Source: a virus
Lineage: Duplodnaviria; Caudoviricetes
DNA: 30,088 nt
Virus record (IMG/VR): IMGVR_UViG_3300028586_000061
Coordinates: 1-30,088 of that record
Direction: 5' to 3' (one strand)
How positions within the stretch are numbered: the first letter of the stretch is position 1; each line of letters begins with the position of its first letter. Shown one piece after another: positions 14,337-24,132 of this stretch. The position numbers and the translations under genes were made by a program. Below the pieces are notes generated by a model that worked only from the letters and a program-made list of their open reading frames with translations, was not told the DNA's origin and did not search any database.

Positions 14337-17300
14337 CGTCGGGTTCCAGCTTCGGACGGACGGCAAGGCCGAGGTCAAGAACGACTTCGCCGAGGTGCGG
14401 GCCGCCGGCAGCGCCGCCATGTCCGGCGTCGCCGATGCAGCCGAGCAGGCCGGCGAGCGCGCGGAGCGGGCGCAGTCCGCATCCGCCGATCGCCAGATCG
14501 CCAAGTGGAAGGCGATGGCGTCGGCCGCCAAGGTCGCCAGCCTGGCGCAGGATAGCCGATCGACATTCGACATGGCGCTCGCCGATCGCGGGTCGGGCAG
14601 CCAGTTCGCGACCGTGAACCTCGATCGATCGACCGGGGCGGCGAAGGCGTCGGCCGACGTCTTCCGGCCGATGATCGAGGCCGAGGAGCAGATGGAGGCG
14701 CGCACCCGTGCGCTGCTGGCCGCGATCGATCCGGTCTATGCGGCGCAGGGCCGCTTCAACACCGCGATCACCGAGGCCAAGACGCTCCTCGATGCCGGCC
14801 GCATCAGCACCGATCAGTACGCGCTGGCGCAGGACCGCGCCCATGCCGCGCTCGATGCCGCCACGGGCGCCACCAAGCGGGCTGAGCTGGGCGCGGCTGC
14901 GGTCATCACCATGCAGGCGCGCGTCAATGCCGCCGGCGACAACGGCTTCGGCGGCTGGGCCGGGTCGGCCGAGCGATCGGCGTCCGCGTTCCGCGCGCTG
15001 ATCGCGGCCGAGGAGGAGCTGGAGAACCGCACCCGGCGGATGATCCAGACGATCGACCCGGCAGCTGCGGCGCAGGATCGCTTCAACGCCGAGATCGGCG
15101 AAGCCCGGTCGCTGGTCAACGCCGGCACGCTGTCGCTCGACCAGTATTGCACCAAGCTGCGCCAGGAGCAGGCGCTCCTCGATGCGGCGTCGGCCGCCCA
15201 ACGTCGGGGCGCCGCCAGCACCGCCGCCCACCGGCAGGCCATGCAGGGGCTATCGTTCCAGGCGCAGGACGCCTTCACGCAAATCAGCATGGGCACGAAC
15301 CCGCTGAGCGTGCTGGCCATCCAGGGCGGGCAGGCAGCGGGCCAGATGGCGAACCTCGGCGGCCGGATCGGCGCCGTGTCGACCTTCCTGATCGGGCCGT
15401 GGGGCCTTGCCATCACCGCCGGCATGTTGGCGCTCGGGGCGTTCACCGATCACATGCTGAAGGCCGGTGACGCGGCCGATAAGACGAAAAAGGCCGTCAC
15501 CGTCCAGATCGGCTCTATCCAGGCGCTCGACGCGGCGAACAAGCTGCTGAACGACACGCTCGGCCAGTCGGTGAAGAACCAGGCGCAGGTCCGGGCCGAG
15601 GCGATCGGTGTCGCCAACGCCAACATCATCGCCGCCAACGCTGCGCGTGATCGAGCGGTGCAGGAGATCAACCTCGCCAAGGCGATGCTGGCGCAGACCG
15701 CCGCACGGTCGCGCCAAGGCGGCGAGCGCAGCGACGTGGCCGCCATGAGCCTGTCCGGCGATGCCGAGGCGATCAAGAAGCAGGAGATCGCGCTGGTCGC
15801 CCTTGAGGGCAAGATCGCCGCCACCCGGCGGTCGCGTAGCCAGCTGATCACCGAAGACCGTCGACTGACGGCCGAAGCCACGGCCGACCGGGCGGATGCC
15901 GACGCCAAGCTGGTCGTGGCGACCGGCCGAACCGGCGATGCCGAACGATCGCTTGCCAATATCCGCCGGCAGGGCCGGTTGGAGCTGGCCGCCGGCACGC
16001 TGACGCAGGAAGGATATCAGCGCCGGGTCGAGGGCGGCGAGCGGGCACTCGAAGCCGCGCAGGAGGCCGATCGCAAGCGTGGTGAAGGCCGCACCGCCTC
16101 GCTCGGCCGGCAGGCAGCGGCGATGCAGGTCAATGCCAGCGCGTCATTGGATCTCGCCCGTGCCTATCTGACGGGCGGCGACGCGGCGATCCGTGCCGAA
16201 GCCGCGCGCAAGGGGCTGACCGACGCCACCCGCAAGGGGATCGAGGCGGACGCGCAGGTCGCCCGCCAGCTGCAGGTGATGGTCGGCGAGGATGTCGCTG
16301 GCGCCGCCAAGTCGGTCGCGGCGATGCGCGACGAGACCATGGCCCGCGCCGCGATCCGCGCGCAGGTCGAGGCCGGCACCTTATCCGCTGCCGGCATGGC
16401 GCAGGCCATGACCGACGAGATGGCGCTCCGGCCGCTGCTGAAACTGCAGACGGTCGCCCAAGGCGAAGCGCTCGACGTCCTCAACCGGGTGATCCGCGAA
16501 TACCGGCAGGTGATGGCCGAGGCGCATGAGGAGGAGGCCAAGGGCAACGCGACCCGATTGATCGCGGCAAGCAAGGACCGGGTGACCGAGATTCGCGCGT
16601 CGATCCTGGACATGAGCGGCACCCCGCTTGCCCAGGCGATCGCCGCGGCCCGGCGCGCGGCCGAGAAGGAAGCCGATACCGGCAAGATGACCGGTGCCGA
16701 TCGCGACGACTTCATCAACAGCCGCATCGATGAGGCCCGCGCCGCCCGCGCCGGCGAGCTGGCCCGCTACACGCTCGATGCCTTGCAGACGCAGACCGAT
16801 AGCCTGGCACTCGGCGAGCGCGAGCTGCAGCTGCTCGGCGCCAACGACAACGTGCGATCGATCGAGCTGGAAAAGCTGCGGCTCGGGCAGGAAATCCGCC
16901 GGCGCTTCCCGGAGATGGCGCGCGAGGATGTCGACGCGCTGCTCGCTGGCGTCGACGCGATCGGCGAGCAGAATGCCCGGCTGAAGATCATGGCGGCCAA
17001 CCTCGACGAGGTCCGCCGCTTCGGGTCCGACTTCGTCGACACGGTGCTCGACGAGGACACTTGGTCGAGCTGGGGCAACGCCGGCCGCGCCATGACCTCC
17101 ATGATCAAACAGGAGTTCATGAAGCTGGCGCTGCTGAACCCGTTGAAGAACCTGATCAACGGCAACACCGACCTGCCGACGCTCGGCGGGTTCTTCGGCG
17201 GCATCGGTAAGATATTCGGCGGCAATAGTGGCTGGTCGGGCGGCGTGACGGGGCCGGCATCGCTGCCCGACTTCAATCCGATCAAGACCTTTGACCAGAT

Positions 17301-17607
17301 CAGCCTGCCGCGTTTCGCGACCGGCACCGAATATGCCAGCGGGGGTGCTGCCTGGGTCGGCGAGTTTGGCCCGGAAATCCTGAATGTCCCGCGCGGCAGC
17401 CGGATCACGCCGGCGGGTGAGTCCCGTCAAATCGCCGCCAACGACCGCGCGTCGTCGTTCGCGATGCCGATCACGATTGACGCCACCGGCGCCGATGCGG
17501 CGGGGTTGATGCGGGTCGAGCGGGCGCTCGCGCAACTCGAGCAGAACATCCCCGGCATGGTCCTGACCGTGATGCAGGACGCGCAGGCCCGGAGGGTCAT
17601 CCGATGA
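14323..17607 (+). CDS. Tail length tape measure protein
   Basis: 1094 aa, Ala-rich helical; AAGGAG RBS; GLSFQAQDAFTQISMGTNPLSVLAIQGGQ motif; C-term FATG...WVGEFGPEIL. Confidence 0.93.
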   Translation: MVMRSVGFQLRTDGKAEVKNDFAEVRAAGSAAMSGVADAAEQAGERAERAQSASADRQIAKWKAMASAAKVASLAQDSRSTFDMALADRGSGSQFATVNLDRSTGAAKASADVFRPMIEAEEQMEARTRALLAAIDPVYAAQGRFNTAITEAKTLLDAGRISTDQYALAQDRAHAALDAATGATKRAELGAAAVITMQARVNAAGDNGFGGWAGSAERSASAFRALIAAEEELENRTRRMIQTIDPAAAAQDRFNAEIGEARSLVNAGTLSLDQYCTKLRQEQALLDAASAAQRRGAASTAAHRQAMQGLSFQAQDAFTQISMGTNPLSVLAIQGGQAAGQMANLGGRIGAVSTFLIGPWGLAITAGMLALGAFTDHMLKAGDAADKTKKAVTVQIGSIQALDAANKLLNDTLGQSVKNQAQVRAEAIGVANANIIAANAARDRAVQEINLAKAMLAQTAARSRQGGERSDVAAMSLSGDAEAIKKQEIALVALEGKIAATRRSRSQLITEDRRLTAEATADRADADAKLVVATGRTGDAERSLANIRRQGRLELAAGTLTQEGYQRRVEGGERALEAAQEADRKRGEGRTASLGRQAAAMQVNASASLDLARAYLTGGDAAIRAEAARKGLTDATRKGIEADAQVARQLQVMVGEDVAGAAKSVAAMRDETMARAAIRAQVEAGTLSAAGMAQAMTDEMALRPLLKLQTVAQGEALDVLNRVIREYRQVMAEAHEEEAKGNATRLIAASKDRVTEIRASILDMSGTPLAQAIAAARRAAEKEADTGKMTGADRDDFINSRIDEARAARAGELARYTLDALQTQTDSLALGERELQLLGANDNVRSIELEKLRLGQEIRRRFPEMAREDVDALLAGVDAIGEQNARLKIMAANLDEVRRFGSDFVDTVLDEDTWSSWGNAGRAMTSMIKQEFMKLALLNPLKNLINGNTDLPTLGGFFGGIGKIFGGNSGWSGGVTGPASLPDFNPIKTFDQISLPRFATGTEYASGGAAWVGEFGPEILNVPRGSRITPAGESRQIAANDRASSFAMPITIDATGADAAGLMRVERALAQLEQNIPGMVLTVMQDAQARRVIR

Positions 17608-18296
17608 TTGTCTATCCCCGCCCGATGCCGCTCACCGGCATGGCGCAGCAGCTGTTCGATATCCTGCGCGTCGATCAGGCGGCACCGGAAGCCGGCGGCT
17701 ACATGGGCGGTGTCCAGTCCGGCTTCCCGCTGTGGGTGGCGACCTGGACGACCGCCCGCAACACCCGCGACGTGTCCGACGAATGGACCGCCTGGCTGTC
17801 GACGATGCGCGGCGCGCAGCGGCGATTCCTCGGCCGCGACTTCGCGCGCTCGTTCCCGCGCCGGTATCCGAAGGGTTTCGGTGGCCTTCGGATCGGCACG
17901 ACCGCCTTTACCGGTACCGCGGCGACCTGGTCGGAAGCGATCGACGAGCAGGACAACGCGCAGCTCACCCTGACCGGCCTGCCGGTCGGGCTGGTGCTGT
18001 CGCTGACCGATTTGATCGGCTTTCGCTGGGATGCCGGCGGTGCCGCCCCCGGCAGCTATGGCCGGCGCACCGTCGCCCGCGTCACCGAAGCCAGCGTCGT
18101 CAATGCACAGGGCCGGGTGACGGTCGGGATCGAGCCGCCTCTGCCCTATTTCATCCCGACGACCGCCCAAGCGCACCTCGACTATCCGGCGTGCGTGATG
18201 ACGATCGTGCCGGCCGACACCAAGGTCGCGCCGATCGATCGCCGCCTCGTCGCCACCGGCACCGTGATCGCCGGCGTCCAGGACCTGCGCCCATGA
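17604..18296 (+). CDS. Putative distal tail protein
   Basis: First gene after TMP, ATGA-coupled; WTAWLSTMRGAQRRF and VTVGIEPPL motifs. Confidence 0.62.
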   Translation: MIVYPRPMPLTGMAQQLFDILRVDQAAPEAGGYMGGVQSGFPLWVATWTTARNTRDVSDEWTAWLSTMRGAQRRFLGRDFARSFPRRYPKGFGGLRIGTTAFTGTAATWSEAIDEQDNAQLTLTGLPVGLVLSLTDLIGFRWDAGGAAPGSYGRRTVARVTEASVVNAQGRVTVGIEPPLPYFIPTTAQAHLDYPACVMTIVPADTKVAPIDRRLVATGTVIAGVQDLRP

Positions 18297-18934
18297 AGAT
18301 ATTCAGCCCCGCCGCGATGGCGGAAATCCGCAAGGGCACCGCCATCGTCAGCGGCGCGGTCGAAATCCTGTCGCGCGATCCGATCCGCCTGTGGGGCGGC
18401 TATGGCCGCCTGCCGATCGAGGGCGAGACCTATGAGCCGATCGCCGATCGCGCGCTGGCGCAGGTGTCAGGGCAGGCGCTGGGCGGTGCCGCGCAGAACG
18501 TGAACCTCACCTTGTCGGGCATCGAACCCGAGGCGCTGGAGCTGCTTGATGCCGAGGAGGTGAAGCGCGCCCCGGCGACGTTGCGCCGCCTGATCTTCAG
18601 CGGCGACGGCAAGCGCATGCTCGATCAGCACGTCTTCACCCGCGGCCGCCTCGATCCGCTGACGGTGCGCGACGTGATCGGCGGGGCCGCATCGATCGCC
18701 ACCTCGATCGAGAGCGCCGCGCGCGGGCTCGGCCGACGTGGCGGCCGGATGCGGACGGATGCAGATCAACGGCTGATCAAGGCGGATGACGGCTTCTTCA
18801 AGAACGTCAGCTTTGCGGCCGAGAAGAACCTGTACTGGGGCGGCCAGAAGCCCGCCACGGCCGCCCAGGCCACCGGTGCGATCCCCGCCTCCGGCTATGC
18901 CGGCGGCTACAACGCGCAGCTGCAGGCGGAATAG
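18293..18934 (+). CDS. Minor tail / tail tip protein (gpL position)
   Basis: ATG 18293 overlaps previous stop; IRLWGGYG, LTLSGI, RTDADQRLIKADDGFFKNV...LYWGG. Confidence 0.68.
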   Translation: MKIFSPAAMAEIRKGTAIVSGAVEILSRDPIRLWGGYGRLPIEGETYEPIADRALAQVSGQALGGAAQNVNLTLSGIEPEALELLDAEEVKRAPATLRRLIFSGDGKRMLDQHVFTRGRLDPLTVRDVIGGAASIATSIESAARGLGRRGGRMRTDADQRLIKADDGFFKNVSFAAEKNLYWGGQKPATAAQATGAIPASGYAGGYNAQLQAE

Positions 18935-18935
18935 C

Positions 18936-19346
18936 ATGGCCCAGCACCGGGATATCGACGCGCTGATTGCGTGGTTGGAGACGGTTGCGCGCCGCCCCTT
19001 CTCGTGGCGGTCGCTGCATTGTGCGGCCTATGCCGCCCAGGCGGTGAAGGCGCAGGGCGGGGGCAATCCCATGGCCGGCATCGTCTGCCGGTCGAAGCGC
19101 GCCGCCCATGCCGTGTTGGCGGCCGAGGGCGGCATGGAGGCGGCGGTCGATCGCCGTCTCGTCCGCATCCCGCCGGCGCTGGCGTCGCGTGGCGATATCG
19201 CCGGCGTGCCCGATGACGACTTCGGCGTCCGCCTGCTGGTGGTGGAGGGCGCGACGCTGGTCGGCCCCGGCGCGACCGGCGCGCAGCGGCTGCCGCGCTC
19301 GATGATGACGATGGCCTGGTCAGCCATGCCCGAGGGGGATGCCTGA
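18936..19346 (+). CDS. NlpC/P60-like tail assembly protein (DUF6950-like)
   Basis: RPFSWRSLHCAAYAAQAV (Cys motif) and ASRGDIA; between gpL-like and gpJ-like genes. Confidence 0.72.
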   Translation: MAQHRDIDALIAWLETVARRPFSWRSLHCAAYAAQAVKAQGGGNPMAGIVCRSKRAAHAVLAAEGGMEAAVDRRLVRIPPALASRGDIAGVPDDDFGVRLLVVEGATLVGPGATGAQRLPRSMMTMAWSAMPEGDA

Positions 19347-22300
19347 TGTCGAAGACAGTCGGCAAAATTCTCGCCGTCGCGGCGATCGTCGTCGGCGTCA
19401 TCGCCGCGGTGCCGACCTTCGGCGCCAGTCTCGGCCTGTCCGCCGCAGCCGCCTCGCTGATCGGCGTCGGGATCGCAGCGGCCACCTTCGTCAATTCGTC
19501 GATCCTAGCATCCAAGGCCAAAGGACAGCTACAGGCGCGGCAGGCGTCGGTGGTGGCGCTGCAATTCGGCGAGGTCGCGCGCGAGGGGCTGATCGGCCAG
19601 ATGCTGACCGGCGGGTCGCTGGTCGACGCATTCAACTGGGGCGGTAAGGACGGCACCGACTGGGAATGCCGCGTCATCGCGCTGGTCGACCACTTCTGCG
19701 ATGGCCTGCCCGGGTTCTACGTCAACGACCTGTATGTACCCTTCACCGGCGACGGCCCGGTCGCAGGCTATAACGGACAGCTCGAAGTCTATTGGCGGCC
19801 GGGCACCATGACTCAGACGGTGCCGGCGGTGGTGCTGGCGAACGGCCCCGGATGGACGCCCCGCGACATCGGTGCTGGCGTCGCGTGGGTCGCGGTCTGC
19901 TACAAGGCGGACAAGGCCGATGCGAAGAACCCGGTATGGCCGGGTGGCCGGCCGGCGTTCGCATGGCTGGTGCGCGGCAAGCGGTGCTACCAGCCGCGCA
20001 AGGATTCGAGCGTCGGCGGGTCGGGCTCGCACCGGTGGGATGATCCCTCCACCTGGGAGTGGACCGACAATCTCATCGATTGCCGCTACAACTGGGTGCG
20101 CGGCATCTATGCCGGCGACCGGGTCGACGATCCCGACATGCTGCTCGTCGGCCGCGGCCTGACTGCGATCGAGGCGCCGCCCACCAACGTCTTCGCGCCT
20201 GCGAACCTATGTGACGAGCTGGTCGCGATCGACGCCGGCGGCACCGAGAAGCGGTACACCGTCAACGGCGTTCTGAAGGCGGACGAGCCGTATATCGACA
20301 TCGAGGAGCATTTCGCGGCCGCGTGCGGTGGCGTGATCCTGCAGCCCGAGGGTGCGGTGGAGATCGAGCCCGGTCAGGCGAAGTCGCCCGTCTTCTTCTT
20401 CTCCGACGAGGACCTCCTCGTCGGCAGCACCGTCGAGTTCTGCGACACCCTGCCGGAATCCGACGAGGCGTGGATCAACACGGTCTCCCCGCGTTACGTC
20501 GACCCGGCGCTGAAATTCACCGACCACGCCGCCCCGGTGCGCCGCGTGGTGTCCGACATCATCATCGATGGCGGCCCGCGCGAGCAGTCGCTCTCGCTGG
20601 CGCTGGTGACGTCCGCCACGCAGGCCGGCCGGGTGGGTGAGATCGCGCGCCGGCTGGGCCGCCTCCCCGCGCGGGGCAAGGTCTCGCTCGGCCCGACCTT
20701 TGCCGAAGTCGAGGAGGGCGACTGGGGCGTCTGGACGTCGCAGCGGTACCTGAAGGGCAAGAGCGTGCTTTTCCGCGTCGAGGCGTACAACCTCAACGAG
20801 AAGTGGCACAACACCCTGACGCTGCGCGAGATCAGCCCGCTGGTCTATGCGCGCGACGCCGACAAGGCATCGACCTCGATTGCACTGCAGCCGGGCGATA
20901 TCGCGCCGATCGGCCAGCCCGGCGCCGGCGCGTGGGTCGCCCGGCCGGTGTCGCTGACGCAGGGCGACACCGCCATCCCAGGGATCGAGATCTCGGGCGC
21001 GACCGACAACGACTATGCCGACCTCGTCCGCTTCGAATTCCTGCCGGCAGAAGGAGTCGTCGACGTCACCATCGCCGGCGGCTGGCTGGAAAGCGGCGTC
21101 GCCGGGCCGGACGTGCGGCAGCACCTGATCACCAGCATCGCGCCGCGGACGTACTACTATCTGGCGGTGTCCTACATGGTCGGCCGTCGCCCGGGGCCGC
21201 GCCGCATCCTCGGTCCGATATCGACCGATCCCACCGCGGCCGACTGGGAGACGGTGAAGGGACCGAACAAGCCGGCTGACAACGCCACGAACAGCGCTGA
21301 TCCGACCTCACCGTTCGGCCCAGGCGGCACCGTGGGCGGGACGATCAAGCAGATCACCGACAACGAGAAGGCGATCAAGGCGGTCCAGGATGCCAACGAT
21401 TACGCCGACAAGGTCACCATCCCCGCGATCAACAAGCGGATTGACGATGCCAACCGCGATATCGCTGCGGCCGACAAGAAGATCGATGACACCCGCGCCG
21501 AAATCGAAGCTCGCTTGGACGATACGGACGAGAAAACCGAGAGCGAATTCGAGCGCACCGACCGCGCGCTGGATGCCGCCGGCGTCGCGCTGAAGAATGA
21601 AGTTGATCGGGCCAAGGGCGAAGAGGGCGCGATCCGGATCATCACCGGCCAGCAGCAGACCGCGATCGAGGGCAACAGGGCCGCGATCGAGAGCGAGACG
21701 ACTATCCGCGCTCGCGATGATGCCGCTATTGTCGAGCAGGTCGACACCGCCGTCACCGAATACAAGCGGCTGGACGGCGCGACCAATACCCGCATCACTG
21801 AATCTGTCGCCGGGCTGAGCAATGCAGACGTCGCGATCGGCCAGCGCATCGACGAGGTACAGACCGACTATCGGGCCAAGGATACGGCTACCAATTCGCG
21901 CATCACAACCTCGGTCACCGCACTGAGCGATGCAGATCGCGCGCTGGGCGGACGCATCGACAGCGTCATCACCGACTATCAGGGCCGGGACACGGCGACC
22001 AACACCCGGATCACCCAGTCGGTCACCGCCCTGAGCAATGCTGATGTGGCGCTCGGCCAGCGCATCGATACGGTGGTGACCGATTATCGGGACAAGGACA
22101 GCGCGACCAACACCCGCATCACCAACTCAATCAAAGCGCTGAGCGATGCGGACGTGGCGATCGGGCAGCGCGTCGACGGGATCGTCACCGACTATCAGGG
22201 CCGCGACGGCGCAACCAACACCCGCATCACCGAGACGGTCACCGCCCAGGCGGGAGTGAACCGCGCATTCGGCGAACGGGTGGACGCGATCGTCACGGAC

Positions 22301-23008
22301 TATCAAGGCCGGGACGGCGCCACGAACACCAGGATCACCCAGTCGGTATCCGCCCTCAACGATGCCGACGCGGCGATCGGGCGGCGGATCGACTCGATCG
22401 TGACGGACTACCGGGACAAGGACACCGCGACCAACACGCGGATCACCACCTCGATCAACGCGCTCAGCGATGCGAACGCGGCAATCGGCCGGCGCGTGGA
22501 CGAGGTCGTGACGGACTATCAGGGCCGGGACACCACCACGAACGCGCGGATCACGCGAGAGATCGCGGCTGTTTCGGACGCCACCGGGTCTGTTGCACGG
22601 GACGTGACGACCCTGTCGGGATCGGTCGGGGGCCTGCGCACCGAAGTGACCGAGGCGAAGGGCCTGATCGCCGGCGCTGATAAGCGGAGCGAGGTCTACT
22701 GGGAGGTGATCGGCACCACCTCGGACGGTCAGGCGATCGTCCGCCTGTCGAAGAAGGATGGCACGCGCGGCGTCTTCTACATCGGCGCCGACCTGCTGGT
22801 CGACGGCAACGCCATCATCAACGGCACCGTCTTCGGCAAGGCGATCGCCGGCTCGGCCGTCCAGAAGCTGCTGTTCCGCACCCTGCCTTATGACGTGCAA
22901 ATCCCGAGGGGCGGCACGCCCGTCTACGGTGGCGGTGGTGACACCGGCGGTGGTGGCGGGGGCGGCGGCGGGGGTGGCTGGTACCCAGAAATGCCGAACC
23001 AACAGTGA
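19346..23008 (+). CDS. Central tail tip / host-specificity protein (gpJ-like) with long coiled-coil repeat region
   Basis: 1220 aa; N-terminal hydrophobic segment, VRGKRCYQPRKDSSVGGSGSHRWDDPSTWEWTDN, ANLCDELV, KPADNAT linker, C-term LLVDGNAIINGTV. Confidence 0.88.
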   Translation: MSKTVGKILAVAAIVVGVIAAVPTFGASLGLSAAAASLIGVGIAAATFVNSSILASKAKGQLQARQASVVALQFGEVAREGLIGQMLTGGSLVDAFNWGGKDGTDWECRVIALVDHFCDGLPGFYVNDLYVPFTGDGPVAGYNGQLEVYWRPGTMTQTVPAVVLANGPGWTPRDIGAGVAWVAVCYKADKADAKNPVWPGGRPAFAWLVRGKRCYQPRKDSSVGGSGSHRWDDPSTWEWTDNLIDCRYNWVRGIYAGDRVDDPDMLLVGRGLTAIEAPPTNVFAPANLCDELVAIDAGGTEKRYTVNGVLKADEPYIDIEEHFAAACGGVILQPEGAVEIEPGQAKSPVFFFSDEDLLVGSTVEFCDTLPESDEAWINTVSPRYVDPALKFTDHAAPVRRVVSDIIIDGGPREQSLSLALVTSATQAGRVGEIARRLGRLPARGKVSLGPTFAEVEEGDWGVWTSQRYLKGKSVLFRVEAYNLNEKWHNTLTLREISPLVYARDADKASTSIALQPGDIAPIGQPGAGAWVARPVSLTQGDTAIPGIEISGATDNDYADLVRFEFLPAEGVVDVTIAGGWLESGVAGPDVRQHLITSIAPRTYYYLAVSYMVGRRPGPRRILGPISTDPTAADWETVKGPNKPADNATNSADPTSPFGPGGTVGGTIKQITDNEKAIKAVQDANDYADKVTIPAINKRIDDANRDIAAADKKIDDTRAEIEARLDDTDEKTESEFERTDRALDAAGVALKNEVDRAKGEEGAIRIITGQQQTAIEGNRAAIESETTIRARDDAAIVEQVDTAVTEYKRLDGATNTRITESVAGLSNADVAIGQRIDEVQTDYRAKDTATNSRITTSVTALSDADRALGGRIDSVITDYQGRDTATNTRITQSVTALSNADVALGQRIDTVVTDYRDKDSATNTRITNSIKALSDADVAIGQRVDGIVTDYQGRDGATNTRITETVTAQAGVNRAFGERVDAIVTDYQGRDGATNTRITQSVSALNDADAAIGRRIDSIVTDYRDKDTATNTRITTSINALSDANAAIGRRVDEVVTDYQGRDTTTNARITREIAAVSDATGSVARDVTTLSGSVGGLRTEVTEAKGLIAGADKRSEVYWEVIGTTSDGQAIVRLSKKDGTRGVFYIGADLLVDGNAIINGTVFGKAIAGSAVQKLLFRTLPYDVQIPRGGTPVYGGGGDTGGGGGGGGGGGWYPEMPNQQ
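21737..22600 (+). repeat. Eight in-frame tandem 108-bp (36-aa) repeats
   Basis: Consensus RIDxVVTDYxx(R/K)DxATNTRITxSVxALSxADxAIGx, eight copies from QVDTAV (21737) to GSVAR (22600). Confidence 0.95.
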
Positions 23009-23017
23009 GCAGCTGAC

Positions 23018-23356
23018 ATGGCAACCACCATCTTCGACGAGACCTTCACCAAGGACGACAACGACAGCGCGCTACGCGTGCTGGTCTATGCGACCCTGTA
23101 TAGTCCCGACGATATTCAGTTCACCGGATACATCCTGCTCGATGGCATCATCAAACAGGTCTGCCCGGCCAATATCATCCTGGTGGATCGTCAGGCGCAG
23201 ATACCGCTGACGCCATTCGCCTATCTGACCGACGTCGCGGCCGGTCAGCACAACATCAAGTTTGTGGTGGAGAACACGGAGCAGGACAACGTCGTCCTGT
23301 CGATCAAGGCGGGCGCCACGCTTGAAGTGGCCGAGATCAAGCAGGGAGCGCGCTGA
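23018..23356 (+). CDS. Small beta-rich tail-associated protein
   Basis: 112 aa; LTDVAAGQHNIKFVV...LEVAEIK resembles beta-sandwich ends of tail tip proteins; in frame with the upstream gene. Confidence 0.6.
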   Translation: MATTIFDETFTKDDNDSALRVLVYATLYSPDDIQFTGYILLDGIIKQVCPANIILVDRQAQIPLTPFAYLTDVAAGQHNIKFVVENTEQDNVVLSIKAGATLEVAEIKQGAR

Positions 23357-24072
23357 TGATCTATCTGATCTATGAGCGCGCCACCGGCATCGTGATCGGT
23401 AGCCGGGTCGGTGAGAAGCCGCCGACCCTCCTGCGCCACCATGCCACCGTCCCGGTCGCCAATCCCGTCGAATACGACACGGTCAGGGTGGTCGACGGTA
23501 TCGTACGGTCGCGCCCGCTGCTCGACTTCGACGCGCCGGCAGCCGACGCGATGATCTCGGTCAATGGCGGGGATCCAATACCAGCGAAGGGATGGAAGCC
23601 GCCGACGACGCCCGGCACCTATCGGGCGATGGCGGTGGGCGCCTACCGCGGCGAGCGCGTCTCGATCGTCCGCACGCTGGCGGACGAACAGGCCTACCTG
23701 ATCGGCGAGGTGAAAACGCTCGCGGCACAGAAGAAGATGACCGCGATATCGCCTGGCACCGCCAAGCCGGAGGAATATCGGCTGAAGGCGCCGGAGATCG
23801 CCGCCAGTGCCAATCTCGTCGCCGGCGTCCTCAATGCCCTGACGGCGACACAGGCCGCGGCACAATTCCCTACGGCCGCCAGCGAGGCGCGGTGCAGTGG
23901 CGAGCCCCTGGCGACCGTGCTGGCCGGGTATCGGGATGGCTCCGCCGGCTCAGACGCCGAAGTCCGCCGGCTGTCCTCGATCGAGCATACCGCCGTGAAG
24001 CGGATCAAGGCGGCCAAGACGATCGCCGATAAGCGCGCGGCCTATGCCGCGATCAACTGGAACTGGGCGTAG
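23356..24072 (+). CDS. Hypothetical tail-associated protein (possible fibre assembly chaperone)
   Basis: 238 aa, TGATG-coupled; MIYLIYERATGIVI start and helical C-term ending AAINWNW. Confidence 0.55.
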   Translation: MIYLIYERATGIVIGSRVGEKPPTLLRHHATVPVANPVEYDTVRVVDGIVRSRPLLDFDAPAADAMISVNGGDPIPAKGWKPPTTPGTYRAMAVGAYRGERVSIVRTLADEQAYLIGEVKTLAAQKKMTAISPGTAKPEEYRLKAPEIAASANLVAGVLNALTATQAAAQFPTAASEARCSGEPLATVLAGYRDGSAGSDAEVRRLSSIEHTAVKRIKAAKTIADKRAAYAAINWNWA

Positions 24073-24086
24073 CCGCCCACCCTGCC

Positions 24087-24130
24087 CAGGTACCTGAAAC
24101 ACGGGACCTCGGCATATCTTGAGGTACCTG
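24087..24130 (+). promoter_or_regulatory. Inverted repeat covering the RBS of the first lysis-region gene
   Basis: CAGGTACCTGAA (24087-24098) pairs 11/12 with TTGAGGTACCTG (24119-24130); GAGG at 24121-24124 precedes ATG 24133. Confidence 0.55.
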
Positions 24131-24132
24131 AC

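Noticed and set aside
17732-18292. N-terminal extensions in track ORFs (17732, 6430, 18786, 25301, 25486, 26303, 24204, 2939)
   Set aside because: They overlap upstream genes in another frame; internal starts coupled to the previous stop or with a clear RBS fit better
21737-22600. 108-bp periodic repeats as a CRISPR array or DGR template/variable repeat
   Set aside because: Units are contiguous, in frame and diverge mostly at synonymous sites; there are no unique spacers, no cas or reverse transcriptase gene, and no obvious adenine-specific pattern
22929-22977. G-rich tract as a phase-variable or G-quadruplex element
   Set aside because: Explained by mixed GGT/GGC/GGG glycine codons; no long homopolymer
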